Below, piece after piece: positions 10,020 to 20,749 of a DNA stretch of 64,000 nt. Made by a program: the position numbers and the translations under genes. The stretch is from Terriglobia bacterium (GTDB lineage Bacteria > Acidobacteriota > Terriglobia > 20CM-2-55-15), in assembly GCA_965218585.1 (NCBI GenBank), contig CBDCLE010000024.1, positions 224,001 through 288,000 on the forward strand, written 5' to 3'. The notes beneath the pieces are model-generated. The model was given only the letters and a program-made list of their open reading frames with translations, ran no database searches and had not been told where the DNA came from. Within the stretch, counting starts at the first letter, position 1, and each line of letters begins with the position of its first letter.

Positions 10020-10567
10020 GGGACCCACACGCCGCTACAGGCCGACGTCTCAGGATGGGTTGTCCAAGTCTCGAAATCCTCGCCCGCCGCAGACAGCCGA
10101 ACTGAGGTCGAGGCTCCGGACCGGAGATCCGTTCGCTCAGTCGGGCCTAGCTCAGGGCCATCTCCCAAATGGACCTCGACTCGAACCCCGCACAACGTCT
10201 GGCCGGTCGTGTTCTCGACCGTCCCGACGAAGGCGCCTGCGGCGTCATCGAACGACAAGACAAGTTTTACGCCTCTTCGCGTGAGGTCCCAGGTGTCCTC
10301 GCGGCCGATATACAAACCGGATTCTTCTCCTTCCTCACCCTCCTCACCGTGCTCGCCTTCTTCTTCCTCTCCCTCACCACGGTGTTCCCCTTCTTCGCCT
10401 CGCTCACGTTCGCGCCCGGAGCGGGCCTGTCCGCTCGAGGCTTCTTCGATCTCAAAGGTTGATTCACTCGCCGCTTGGGAAATAGGCTCTTTTGAGAACA
10501 CGGCCATGCCAAAAGCGGTGACCATCGCAGCGACGATCACGAGCCATGTATAAGTTTGTTTCGACAT
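10020..10567 (-). CDS. Membrane-anchored/secreted protein with Glu-Gly-rich linker and small beta-sandwich domain; 3' end uncertain
   Basis: N-terminal hydrophobic helix, GEEGEHRGEGEEEEGEHGEEGEE tract, FVGTVENTT..LCGVRVEVHL..HPETSACSG; frame continues antisense through the amidase, so the true stop is probably lost. Confidence 0.6.
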
Positions 10568-10629
10568 ACAGATTTATCCCTCATTTTCGTGATGAAACAG
10601 TATGGATTGAGCTCGCCATCTTCACAACT

Positions 10630-10770
10630 CCGATGTTTTCCCCGGCGCCGCGCCGACCGATCAGCGTGTCGTTCGGCGGCCCGGACGAAAGGAAGCTTTT
10701 TGGAGTGGGCATCCGGGACGTGGAGATCATGTCCATCCCGCCCCCCGCCGCCGGAAAGAATATCTGGTAA
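10630..10770 (+). pseudogene. C-terminal remnant of an SMP-30/gluconolactonase-type beta-propeller gene
   Basis: PAPRRPISVSFGGPDERKLFGVG...IMSIP matches the last-blade motif of this family; no upstream part present. Confidence 0.45.
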
Positions 10771-10869
10771 CCAATGGCGCGGGACTGCGTCTTATATGGG
10801 AATTGTTTAAATCAAAATGCGGCAGTGCGCGGTTTGTCTGGCGTGAAGGATTTCAAGAGGGAGGGACCG

Positions 10870-11757
10870 ATGAGGACTTGGCGAATCTGTTTAATGCTAT
10901 GCATAACCCTGTTGATCAGCTCGGTAGAGGGCGAGGCCCAGGTGAGAAACATGAATCCAGTCTGGTCGCCAGACGGGGCCCGATTGGCGTTCGTCAGCAA
11001 CCGCGACGGTAACCCCGAAATATACATCATGGATGCGACTGGAAAGACTCCAGAGAATGTAAGCCAAGATGAAGGACTCGACCTGAGTCCAGCGTGGTCG
11101 CACGACGGCACCCGGATCGCATGGGTGTCCAATCGCGATGGGCAGAACGACATTTATGTTCTCGAATTGACCGGCATGAACGTCCGTCGACTGACCGACA
11201 ATGGTGGCATACTGACGTCCTCCCTCTCCTGGTCACCCGATGACGAGTGGCTCGCACACGGTGTGGGCACGCACAGTGGCGCGAATCTGCACATCCAGCG
11301 GCTCGATCAAACTGAAACCGTCCAGCTCACAGACACCGTAGAGTTGGATGCCGCGCCGGCCTGGTCGCCTGACGGGACGAAGATCGCGTTTGCGTCCAAT
11401 CGTGAAGGAGACCTGGATATTTACGCACTCGATATTTACAGTCGAGCCGTCACCTCGATTGCCGGCTCCGCGGAAGAGGAAGGGTGGCCCAGTTGGTCAC
11501 CAGACGGTACGGGGATTACATTTTTCAGCGGGCGGGACGGAAACCTCGAGATCTATCTGTCGACTGGGGACGGATCGCAGCCCAGTAATCTCACGCTCGA
11601 TCCAGCCCGCGACTACGGGCCGGCATGGTCTCCTCTGGGCGATCAGATTGCGTTCGTGTCCGACCGCAATGGAAGTGAAGACATCTATTTAATAAGTCCG
11701 GATGAATTGACAAGTCCGGATGAGGAGAGCGTCGTTCAAGTTGACGTTCGGAAGTGA
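10870..11757 (+). CDS. TolB-like PD40-repeat beta-propeller, secreted
   Basis: Six P.WSPDG..(I/L)AF.S.RDG..DIY repeats; signal peptide. Confidence 0.9.
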   Translation: MRTWRICLMLCITLLISSVEGEAQVRNMNPVWSPDGARLAFVSNRDGNPEIYIMDATGKTPENVSQDEGLDLSPAWSHDGTRIAWVSNRDGQNDIYVLELTGMNVRRLTDNGGILTSSLSWSPDDEWLAHGVGTHSGANLHIQRLDQTETVQLTDTVELDAAPAWSPDGTKIAFASNREGDLDIYALDIYSRAVTSIAGSAEEEGWPSWSPDGTGITFFSGRDGNLEIYLSTGDGSQPSNLTLDPARDYGPAWSPLGDQIAFVSDRNGSEDIYLISPDELTSPDEESVVQVDVRK

Positions 11758-11823
11758 GAGTGCCCCCGAGTGAACCTCGAGGCCTGACCGGCGTGTCTGA
11801 AGAGGCTGGGGGATCGAACGAAC

Positions 11824-13662
11824 CTATCCTCCCCGACCTGCTGGTGTCGGCTCTTCTTCCTGCTCCGGCGTAAAGTCCTCGCCTGGATTGATGAACTGGT
11901 TCGTCTCGAACTGATACTGCCTGTCGTGTAGCTCTTTATAGCGGCCGTCCAAGGCCATGAGCTTGTCGTGACTGCCATGCTCGACGATCTCCCCGCCCTC
12001 CAATACCAGAATCTGATCCGCGCTACGAATTGTCGATAGCCTGTGAGCGATGACGAAACTTGTGCGGCCCCTTCGCAGCGCCCGCAACCCGTCCTGGATC
12101 ATCGCTTCGCTCTCTGAATCGAGACTGGACGTGGCTTCGTCGAGAATGAGAATGCGGGGATCGGCCAGGATCGCCCGGGCGATGGCCACCCGCTGCCGCT
12201 GGCCACCGGAGAGCTTTACTCCGCGTTCGCCGACGATCGTATCGTAGCCATTCTCAAAGCGGTCGATAAACTCCGCGCAATGGGCGATGCGGCAGGCAGT
12301 GGCCACTTCTTCCTTGCTCGCCGACGGATTCGCGAAAGCAACGTTCTCGCCGATCGTTCCATCGAACAGGAAGTTGTCCTGAAAAACAGCGCCAAGAAGG
12401 GTCCGGTACTCTCGCAACTTGAGGCCTGACAGATCCTTCCCGTCGATTAGCACCTGGCCTTGACGCGGCTGATTGAAGTTCAGTACGAGGCTGATGAGCG
12501 TGCTCTTACCGGAGCCGCTCGAACCCACCAGGGCAGTCGTCGATCCGGCCGGAGCCTCGAACGACACGTCCTTGAGAACCGGCACGCCTTCCTCATACTC
12601 GAACCAGACGCCCTGGAACTCTATGTCGCCAGCCAACTCGCCGATTGGAGAGCGCTCGGCGTCTTCGTCGTCCTCGGTCCGCATTGCCATGATTTCCCGG
12701 ATCCGGTCCAGCCCGGCGAAGGCTTCGGTGATCTGTGTTCCGATGTTGGCCAACTGCGCAACGGGCATCGCCATGGTGCCTGTGAAGGCGACGTACATGA
12801 ACAGGTCACCGACCGTCATGTCGCCGCGGACAACGGCCCGGCCGCCAATTACAAAGATCACCAGGCCGATCGTACCGATAACAGCGGAAGAAAACGCCAT
12901 CACGAAAGACGTCCCGGTCATCGATTTGGCAATGTTTCGGAACAGCTTGTGAACGAGTCGCGCAAACACCAGGTCTTCGCGCCGCTCTGCCGTGTAGGTC
13001 TTGATGACCCGGACGCCCGAGAGGGATTCCGATAGCCGCCCCGTGACATTTGCGTTCAACTCGCCTCGCATCCGAAACAGGGGACGCAAGCGCTTGAAGG
13101 TAGCCGCCAACACGGCGCCGAACAGTCCCAAAACTGCGATCGTGATCAGCGTCAGATACCAATTCAGATAGAACAATACGCCCATTGCCAGCAGAGCCGT
13201 CAGAACACCGCCTGTCAATTGAACAAGTCCTGTGCCGACGAGATTGCGGATGCCCTCGGCGTCAGTCATGATTCGTGAAATCAATTGGCCCGTCTTCATC
13301 GAGTCGAAGTAACTGACAGGCAACCGGCTGACATGTTCGAAAACGCGTTTGCGCATCTCCGTGATCGCCCGCTGCGCGGCCACGCCCATGATTTGCGACA
13401 ACGCGAACGTCGTAATGGCTTGAAACAAGGTGGCGCCAGCGACGACAAAGGCGACAGTCAGGAGAAGTTCCGTCCGTCCATTGCCGATCACCTCGTCAAT
13501 GACGTACTTGGTCGATGCCGGCATGACCAGGCCGAGCACTCTGTTGACCAGCATGAGGCCCAGTCCAAGCATCAGGCGCCGCCGGTGCCGGTGTACCAGG
13601 GACCTGGCTTCGATCATCGCGTTGGAGTAATCGACTTTCTTTTTCGGCTTCTCTTCGCTCAT
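11824..13662 (-). CDS. ABC exporter, fused TMD-NBD (MsbA/Sav1866-like)
   Basis: TM domain plus GSSGSGKST, LSGGQRQR, LILDEATSSLD, IAHRLST. Confidence 0.95.
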   Translation of the reverse strand: MSEEKPKKKVDYSNAMIEARSLVHRHRRRLMLGLGLMLVNRVLGLVMPASTKYVIDEVIGNGRTELLLTVAFVVAGATLFQAITTFALSQIMGVAAQRAITEMRKRVFEHVSRLPVSYFDSMKTGQLISRIMTDAEGIRNLVGTGLVQLTGGVLTALLAMGVLFYLNWYLTLITIAVLGLFGAVLAATFKRLRPLFRMRGELNANVTGRLSESLSGVRVIKTYTAERREDLVFARLVHKLFRNIAKSMTGTSFVMAFSSAVIGTIGLVIFVIGGRAVVRGDMTVGDLFMYVAFTGTMAMPVAQLANIGTQITEAFAGLDRIREIMAMRTEDDEDAERSPIGELAGDIEFQGVWFEYEEGVPVLKDVSFEAPAGSTTALVGSSGSGKSTLISLVLNFNQPRQGQVLIDGKDLSGLKLREYRTLLGAVFQDNFLFDGTIGENVAFANPSASKEEVATACRIAHCAEFIDRFENGYDTIVGERGVKLSGGQRQRVAIARAILADPRILILDEATSSLDSESEAMIQDGLRALRRGRTSFVIAHRLSTIRSADQILVLEGGEIVEHGSHDKLMALDGRYKELHDRQYQFETNQFINPGEDFTPEQEEEPTPAGRGG

Positions 13663-13926
13663 GCTCAACCTATAGTACACGGTGCCTAGCGTGTCGCGCT
13701 ATTGCCGCGCCAATTCGGCCGGTACTGTAATTCCTGAGGTCAATTCGGGACAGATTCTATTAACGGAAGCTCGGAAGCGGACCCACACCTCAGCAGAAAC
13801 CGACAAGCGGGCCCGGGACGAGACCATCCCGAGGCTGTGCGGCGGCCTCAAGATGGTTAAGATCATCGTGATCCCGACGTGTAAAATATAGCTCTCACAA
13901 AACCAACATCAGAAAGGTGATCCAGC

Positions 13927-15150
13927 ATGGAAATCTCTTCGAGCACTTCTGTCCCGACGGTATGGCCCAGGTCGATCCGCGCCATCGCAGTCCTTGGCGC
14001 AGTAGCAATATTGGGCCTTGCCAATTCGATCCAGGCGCAGCTGCCACCTCCACCGGGCGAGACTTTCGACGTAGTTAGCATCGCCGGCGGGCTCTCCAAC
14101 CCGTGGAGCGTGACCTTTCTGCCGGGCGGTGACATGTTAGTTACTGAAAGAGGCGGCCAGCTACGCATTATCAGGGACGGGAACCTGCTACCCGACCCCG
14201 TGGGGGGCGTCCCCGCGGTGCGCGCTGTAGGTCAGGGCGGCCTGCATGATGTCGTGCTCCATCCCGATTTCGAATCCAACCGGATGATCTATCTCAGTTA
14301 CGCTAAAGGGAATGAGGACGACTCGCTGGGCACGACTGCACTCGCTCGAGCCCGCTTCGAAGACGACCGCCTGGTCGATCTCGAGGAGATCTTCGAAGCA
14401 GACGCATGGTCAGACACACCCGGGCATTTTGGGGCCCGAATCGCTTTCGGTCCGGAGGGGTATCTGTTCATGTCGGTCGGTGACCGGATGGCCGGCCTTT
14501 CCGAAAGTGGCATGGACCCGGACCTCGAGGGTCATCCCTCGCAGGACAACCGAAACCATCAGGGAACGATAGTGCGTCTGAATGAAGACGGCAGCGTTCC
14601 CGCTGACAACCCGTTCGTTGGGCGAGCTGGGATGCGCCCGGAGATCTGGAGTTCCGGCCACCGAAATCAGCAGGGTCTGGCCGTTGATCCCGAAACCGGA
14701 GAGCTGTGGGCGACAGAACACGGGCCGCAGGGCGGCGATGAGCTCAACCTCATACGTCGCGGTGCCAACTACGGGTGGCCAGTTGTCGGGTACGGCGTCA
14801 ACTACTTTATCGGCACGGAAATCCATGCTTCTCGGTATCGTGGTGGGATGGAACAGCCGACGGCATTCTGGGTGCCATCGATCGGATCCTCAGGCCTGGC
14901 CTTTTATCAAGGGGACGAATTTCCCAACTGGCAGGGCAACGTGTTTGTCGGCGGGATGGCGGCGGATTATCGGCGTCTGGTCAGACTTTCCATAGACGGT
15001 CAGACGGTGACGACCAGGCAACCGCTGCTGGTGGGAACTTATCGCATTCGTGATGTGCGTGTCGGTCCGGACGGTTTAGTTTATCTGGCTCTCGACGACA
15101 CTGATGGTCAACCGGGCGAAGTTGTTCGGTTGGAACCTACTGAAGAGTGA
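13927..15150 (+). CDS. PQQ-dependent soluble aldose sugar dehydrogenase (YliI/sGDH family)
   Basis: LSNPWS, GQGGLHDV.LHPDF..N..IYLSY, HFGARI, GHRNQQGL, EHGPQGGDELN, RIRDV. Confidence 0.92.
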   Translation: MEISSSTSVPTVWPRSIRAIAVLGAVAILGLANSIQAQLPPPPGETFDVVSIAGGLSNPWSVTFLPGGDMLVTERGGQLRIIRDGNLLPDPVGGVPAVRAVGQGGLHDVVLHPDFESNRMIYLSYAKGNEDDSLGTTALARARFEDDRLVDLEEIFEADAWSDTPGHFGARIAFGPEGYLFMSVGDRMAGLSESGMDPDLEGHPSQDNRNHQGTIVRLNEDGSVPADNPFVGRAGMRPEIWSSGHRNQQGLAVDPETGELWATEHGPQGGDELNLIRRGANYGWPVVGYGVNYFIGTEIHASRYRGGMEQPTAFWVPSIGSSGLAFYQGDEFPNWQGNVFVGGMAADYRRLVRLSIDGQTVTTRQPLLVGTYRIRDVRVGPDGLVYLALDDTDGQPGEVVRLEPTEE

Positions 15151-15231
15151 GCGAGGCAGCCGCGTTCCTGATCCTTTCCTGATGATGGATATGTTCCCTA
15201 CAACGCTGCTGCAGCGTATAATCGTCACATC

Positions 15232-15951
15232 GTGAAGAAGCTCATCGGTCTCGCCTTACTACTAGTCGTGTTTGTGTTGCAGGGAACGGCCGACGTGCGT
15301 CAATCGGAGTCGGAGTTTGTGTTTGCCAGGGTTCAATTCAACATGAACTTCGAAGCGGTTTTCGAAAGCGAGGCTCCCTGGCACCATGACTATCCGTATT
15401 CGGAAAACTTCTTCTTGGGAATAATCCGGGAGCTCACTGCTGTTCACGCGTTGGCAGATGCTTACCAGATTGTGCAACTCGACAGCCCGGACATCTTTCA
15501 CTACCCGTTCCTGTACGCTTCCGAACCCGGCTACATGGCTTTGACGGACCAGGAAATTGAGAACCTCCGTGAATATTTCGATCGGGGCGGATTTCTGATG
15601 TTCGACGATTTCCGTGGACGGGATCTGGGAAATCTTCGAGCACAGATGGAGAAAGTGTTCCCGGAGCGGGAAATGTTCCAATTGGATCCTGGCCAACCGA
15701 TCTTCAATAGTTTCTTTTCGATCGAGTCACTGGAAATGCTGCCGCCGTACTATGACGCGCGCTTTCTGGGTGAAGCCGCCCAGTTCTGGGGCATGCAGGA
15801 CGATTATGGCCGCCTGATCATGATCGCGAACCAGAACAACGATTTTGGCGAATACTGGGAGTGGGTCGACCGGGCTGAAATGCCCTTCCAGCCGGCTGCG
15901 TTGTCGGTCAGGTTCGGTGTCAACTACCTGATCTACGCCCTGATGCACTGA
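15232..15951 (+). CDS. DUF4159 domain protein
   Basis: W..DYP.SE, YPFLYASEPG, LREYFDRGGFLMFDDF, NNDFGEYWE, GVNYLIYALMH. Confidence 0.85.
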   Translation: MKKLIGLALLLVVFVLQGTADVRQSESEFVFARVQFNMNFEAVFESEAPWHHDYPYSENFFLGIIRELTAVHALADAYQIVQLDSPDIFHYPFLYASEPGYMALTDQEIENLREYFDRGGFLMFDDFRGRDLGNLRAQMEKVFPEREMFQLDPGQPIFNSFFSIESLEMLPPYYDARFLGEAAQFWGMQDDYGRLIMIANQNNDFGEYWEWVDRAEMPFQPAALSVRFGVNYLIYALMH

Positions 15952-16089
15952 CCGCAGAGCGGTTGGCTACTTCCGACTGAGTTGAGATTTCGCTGCCTCC
16001 CGAACGACTCCTCTCTTAAAGTCGCACTCAGCCCCAGGGAAGTGCGGGGGAATGGCGAACCGGAGACCCAAAGGCCGGCATGACCGGCA

Positions 16090-17451
16090 TCAGGGGTTTC
16101 GAAGTTCCCTGAACAGTATCTCGACTCTTTCGTTCAATCTCCTGGTTTCGGGATCGTCGTTTGAAGCGATGGGGCGTGTTGTGCCGAAGCCCTCGGCCTG
16201 AAGGTTGTCTTCCAGGATGCCCAGGTCCAGAAGATAGACTCTTACCGCTTCGGCTCTTTCTTCCGACAGGGTGAGGTTTCTCGATGCAGGTCCTGAATCG
16301 CTCGTGTGGCCCTCGATTCGAATTTCGGGCGTCTCGTCCAGGCCAATGATGCCGGCCAGAAGCGCCAGGAATTCACGGCCTTCCGCCTCGAACTCTTCGC
16401 TGTTGGTTTCGAAGTAGCGCGCGGGCAGGGTCACCATCAGACCGCGAGCTGTTTCTCTGGCGCCGGCTCCTATCATCAACGCATCTCGAAGAGGGGGCCA
16501 CCGATCCCCCAGACGCGCGACCTCGGCTTCGAGCGAGCTCACCAGCCGGTTGGCTTCCGTGATTTCGAGGTCCAGCGAGCGGTTGTCATTCTGTGCCGCC
16601 CGAAGGTCAGTTTGTAATTCGGTCATGCGAGCGCCTGTCTCTTCCTGACGTCGATCGAGCCGGGCGAGTTCCTGCTCCATCTGCCGGTTTTGTTGTTCAA
16701 GCAATTCCGCACGACGTGCCATCTCGGCCAACTGATTCGAGACGACCTGATCCCGGGCCGAACGAGCGGCGAGGGCCGAGAGGCGGATCGAGTCGTTCAC
16801 GTAAGGCAGGAGCACCTCCATCGGCATGTTTCGCCTTAGGAGTTCTTCCATCGAGTCCAGTGCCACCCGGGCTCTTCTGTAGTCGGGCTCGGCCAACTGG
16901 GCTGCGTCCGCAGATTCCGCTACGAGGAAAGCCATTCGGGCCTCGGTGATCCGTCGAGGCAAGGCACCCTGGGGCGGCAGAGAGATTGAGGAGTAATCGT
17001 GAGCTCCGACCTCTACGTTGAGCGGTTCGACACGGATATCATCGTCTCGCGGGGGCTGGCTTCTGAAACCGACGATCTGGCTGGGTGTGGCGACCATGAA
17101 GTGGGGTTCGGCCGTGACAATGATCCCGAAACGCTGCAGGGAAGTCGTAGTGTCCAGCTCCGCTTCGCGTCCGTCCACTTCGAGCTCTCCGAGGTTTTCG
17201 AATTCGCCTTCCGGTGAGATCGCCCAGACGACGTAAGAACGCATCATCGGATCGAGGTTCGAGAGAGTTTCGATCCGGTCAATCCGCACCTCAAGCCGGC
17301 TGATTGTCTCTTCCCGGCGAACCTCGACCTCTCCGTTGGGTGACAGCGGCACGTCGACCCCGGAGTCTGGGGGAAAGGTGACCAGGCTCAGGTCGATGGC
17401 GCCGGATTGCGCTGCGACGAGAATAAGAGTGAGGAAAACGTTTGAAACCAT
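16090..17451 (-). CDS. OmpA-family peptidoglycan-binding protein with coiled coil
   Basis: C-terminal IEGHTSD..NLTLSEERAEAV..L..GFGTTRPIASN..NERVEI; central coiled coil; YVVWAISPEG N-domain. Confidence 0.88.
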   Translation of the reverse strand: MVSNVFLTLILVAAQSGAIDLSLVTFPPDSGVDVPLSPNGEVEVRREETISRLEVRIDRIETLSNLDPMMRSYVVWAISPEGEFENLGELEVDGREAELDTTTSLQRFGIIVTAEPHFMVATPSQIVGFRSQPPRDDDIRVEPLNVEVGAHDYSSISLPPQGALPRRITEARMAFLVAESADAAQLAEPDYRRARVALDSMEELLRRNMPMEVLLPYVNDSIRLSALAARSARDQVVSNQLAEMARRAELLEQQNRQMEQELARLDRRQEETGARMTELQTDLRAAQNDNRSLDLEITEANRLVSSLEAEVARLGDRWPPLRDALMIGAGARETARGLMVTLPARYFETNSEEFEAEGREFLALLAGIIGLDETPEIRIEGHTSDSGPASRNLTLSEERAEAVRVYLLDLGILEDNLQAEGFGTTRPIASNDDPETRRLNERVEILFRELRNP

Positions 17452-17771
17452 TCGCCTATTGAACAATCGGACATGCTTCGATTTCAACTAGTTTCCCCAC
17501 TTGGAACCCGATCTCCTGGGCGGTGGCGCATGTGATATCGCCTGGATTCGCAGATCGGTCCGCGTGTTCTGGGGGGCTCTGGTTTACACATAACCTGTTC
17601 ATTATAAGAATGTTAGATCCTGTGCGAACTTGTTTCGCTGGACTGCCCTGGCCGGAATATGTATCCTGATACCGCCTCCCCGCTCAGGTAACCTTTGTTT
17701 CGAGAAATCGTTCCGGCTGGATTTCAATCACGTTCTCATATGTTGGGGTGTTGTCGGGGCAAGGAGTAACG

Positions 17772-18203
17772 ATGAATCTTCTCAAAGTAGGAAAGAAACC
17801 CGTGGTGATCGCCTCTAAGGCGACCGTGATGGATGCCCTCGAGGCAATGGAAAAAGCCACTGTCGGCGCAGTCCTGATCATAGATGGCGAGCAGCTGAAC
17901 GGAGTTTTTACGGAGCGTGACCTGCTCCTGAAGGTCGTCCTGAAGAAGAAGGACCCCGAATCGACTCCGGTGACCGAAGTCATGACGGCACCTGTCCTTA
18001 CGATTCAGAAGGACAAGGAGCCGGATGATGTGTTGAAAGTTATGCAGGATAAACACATTCGACACCTCCCGCTCGTCAACAGTGAAGGAAAGGTCGAAGG
18101 CATGATCTCAATCCGCCATCTGCTGACCGAAAAGATAGAGCACCTGACCCAGGAACTGGATTCGCTTGAAGCTTATATTTCGGCTGACGGCATCGGCGGC
18201 TAG
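17772..18203 (+). CDS. CBS-pair protein
   Basis: GVFTERDLL, EVMT, IRHLPLV, GMISIRHL; AAGGAG RBS. Confidence 0.9.
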   Translation: MNLLKVGKKPVVIASKATVMDALEAMEKATVGAVLIIDGEQLNGVFTERDLLLKVVLKKKDPESTPVTEVMTAPVLTIQKDKEPDDVLKVMQDKHIRHLPLVNSEGKVEGMISIRHLLTEKIEHLTQELDSLEAYISADGIGG

Positions 18204-18406
18204 TGTGTCCGACTGCCACTTGCGATCACAGCCCTGCCTCTGGTGGCGAGCCGAGATGCCGCCCGAGCAGGACTTTGTCTATCACTGCCTGACTTAATCG
18301 ATTCCTGTCCTTCTTAAATTCGCTCGAGTACTCACCACTGGTCGTTGACTGCGATATCTTCAACAGCTAAAGTGCCTCAGCAACTCTTCTTCTGACGGAG
18401 GCATGA

Positions 18407-20083
18407 ATGGCGCTGTACGCTCTGGCCGCACTCGTTCCGGTTCTGGCAGTGATGTTCTTTTTGGTCGTTCTGCGTTGGCCCGCGACCCGGGCGATGCCCG
18501 TTGCCTATGTGTTGACCGTTGTGGTCGCGTTGTGGATATGGGGCGTTCCCGTGATCCATATCATCGCGGCAACGTTCCGGGGTGGGGTAATTGCGCTCAC
18601 GCTGCTGTGGATCATTTTTGGTGCAATCCTGCTCTTGTTTACGCTGCGGGAGAGCGGCGCGGTCACGACTATACGGCGAGGGTTCATGGGAATATCCAAG
18701 GACCGCCGTGTTCAGCTTATTATCGTGGCTTGGCTCTTCGGTTCCTTCATTGAAGGAGCGGCCGGATTCGGTACGCCAGCCGCAGTAGCATCCCCACTCC
18801 TGTTGGCTCTCGGTTTCCCAGCGCTGGCGGCCGTTATGGCGACGCTGATTATTCAGAGTACGCCGGTCAGCTTCGGTGCCGTCGGCACGCCGATCATGGT
18901 CGGAATGGGACAGTCTCTCAACGTGCCGTTGGTCGAAGAGGCGCTCTCGGCGGAAGGTATCGCGTACGCTGATTTTCTTTACCAGATCGGTATGTTCACG
19001 GCGATTCCCCATGCGATAGCCGGAACGTTGATTCCTCTGATCATCGTGTGTATGACCACACGATTCTTTGGTGAGAACCGATCGTTTCGAGAGGGACTGG
19101 GGGCCTGGAAGTTCTGTCTGTTCGCCGGCCTTAGCTTCGTCGTTCCGTACGTCTTGGTCGCCATATTCCTGGGTCCGGAATTCCCCAGTCTCCTCGGTGC
19201 ACTGATCGGTTTGGCGATCGTCGTGACCGGTTCCCGTGCCGGGTTGTTTCAACCGAAAGGCGAGCCCTGGGATTTTCCGCCCAGAAGTCAGTGGGAGGCA
19301 GGCTGGATCGGGAACATTGTTGCGGACGCCGGTGAGGAGCGTCGTCACATGACGCTCTTTCTGGCCTGGGTACCCTACCTGCTCGTGGCTGCGCTTCTGG
19401 TCGTCACGCGTCTGCCCTTTTTGCCGTTCCAGAGTTATTTGAGTTCCGTGAGTTGGAACTGGGCGAACATTTTGGGGACAAGCTTGTCCCAGAGTGTTGA
19501 GCCACTCTACTCTCCCGGTACGATCTTTATTCTGGTTGCGCTGGCGACGATCGTTCTCCACAAGATGACCCGCAAAGAGACGAGCTTTGCGTGGACGGAC
19601 GCGGCTCACAAGATGGCTGGTCCAGCCCTGGCTCTGGTCTTCGCGGTGGGTTTGGTCCGGGTGTTTATCGATTCCAATACGAACATATCGGGTCTGGACA
19701 GCATGCCGCTTGTCCTAGCTGAGTACGTAGCTGGAATCGCGCAGGGTACCTGGCCCTTCTTCGCGCCGATTATTGGTGCTATGGGTGCGTTTGTGGCTGG
19801 AAGCAATACAGTCAGCGATCTGATGTTTGCGCTGTTTCAGTACGGGGTTGCGGACAACATCGGGACATCGCGCATCGTGATCCTGGGTCTACAAGCTGTT
19901 GGGGGAGCCGCGGGTAACATGATCTGCGTGCACAACGTTGTGGCGGCCAGTGCTACTGTGGGTCTTGTCGGTAAGGAGGGTGCTCTGATTCGTCGGACGA
20001 TTCTGCCGATGACTTACTACGTGGTGGTTGCCGGGGCGCTCGGACTTCTCTTTTCCTACGTCCTGTTCCCGAACATGTTTTGA
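18407..20083 (+). CDS. lldP: L-lactate permease (LctP/LldP family)
   Basis: [53 protein letters not shown]. Confidence 0.9.
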   Translation: MALYALAALVPVLAVMFFLVVLRWPATRAMPVAYVLTVVVALWIWGVPVIHIIAATFRGGVIALTLLWIIFGAILLLFTLRESGAVTTIRRGFMGISKDRRVQLIIVAWLFGSFIEGAAGFGTPAAVASPLLLALGFPALAAVMATLIIQSTPVSFGAVGTPIMVGMGQSLNVPLVEEALSAEGIAYADFLYQIGMFTAIPHAIAGTLIPLIIVCMTTRFFGENRSFREGLGAWKFCLFAGLSFVVPYVLVAIFLGPEFPSLLGALIGLAIVVTGSRAGLFQPKGEPWDFPPRSQWEAGWIGNIVADAGEERRHMTLFLAWVPYLLVAALLVVTRLPFLPFQSYLSSVSWNWANILGTSLSQSVEPLYSPGTIFILVALATIVLHKMTRKETSFAWTDAAHKMAGPALALVFAVGLVRVFIDSNTNISGLDSMPLVLAEYVAGIAQGTWPFFAPIIGAMGAFVAGSNTVSDLMFALFQYGVADNIGTSRIVILGLQAVGGAAGNMICVHNVVAASATVGLVGKEGALIRRTILPMTYYVVVAGALGLLFSYVLFPNMF

Positions 20084-20177
20084 ATCGTTCAGGGCTTTTA
20101 GCCCTCAGCCCTCAGCTGTGAGTCTTGATGCAGGCTCGGCTTCGAAACCGATAGCTGACAGCCTGACGCCGTCCAGC

Positions 20178-20528
20178 TTAACTTGCCTTCTTATGCATCG
20201 CCTGGTGCTTTGCGGCCAGGTGTATTTTCTTGATCTGCCGCTTCAGGTCATGGACCTTCCGTCGCAGTTCTCTTAGATTCTTGTGGTCATTGGCCTCGAT
20301 CAGCTGGGCCCGCTGAGTTTTCAGCTCCTGGATCTGTTTCTTGAGATCGCTCTTGCTGTGGACCGTTGCGTCAGCCAACTCTTCGTGTGGTTTTTCGATG
20401 CCCAATACTCCGGCCAATTCTTCGATCAGCTGGGCTTTGTTCTTTCCGCTGACTGCACTGAGTCCCTTCTCGTGCGCTTCTTCGCGAAGCTTCACGACCG
20501 TCATTTTCTCCAGATCATGCCATTCCAT
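20178..20528 (-). CDS. Small basic protein with Rho-N-like (HeH) N-terminal domain
   Basis: LEKMTVVKLREEA...GLSAVSGKNKAQLIEEL followed by a basic coiled coil. Confidence 0.7.
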   Translation of the reverse strand: MEWHDLEKMTVVKLREEAHEKGLSAVSGKNKAQLIEELAGVLGIEKPHEELADATVHSKSDLKKQIQELKTQRAQLIEANDHKNLRELRRKVHDLKRQIKKIHLAAKHQAMHKKAS

Positions 20529-20749
20529 TTGAGGAAACCTTTCTCCCGGGCGAGCAAAAACCAGGGTCCAGACTGCCCGGGCCGTGACAGCTTATCGAAC
20601 GGAATGTGTGCAGGTCAAATATCGGCCGGTGCGGCCTATGACCACACGTCGTATTCATTTGACTGTGCGCCGATAGAGCGCATCTATCAGAAGAAGGTAC
20701 AATTGCAAGGACTGTACCTGGAGAGGGGGCCTTTGGCTGAAAGAGTGTC

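Noticed and set aside
8621-10020. 648-aa minus-strand ORF as one real protein
   Set aside because: The distal 460 aa are antisense to a clear amidase and look like shadow translation
11693-11722. AAGTCCGGATGA duplication at the end of the TolB-like gene
   Set aside because: Short in-frame duplication (SPDELTSPDE) with no further structure
20095-20177. CCCTCAG/GCTGACA short repeats between convergent genes
   Set aside because: Too short and degenerate; probably an ordinary intergenic hairpin or terminator
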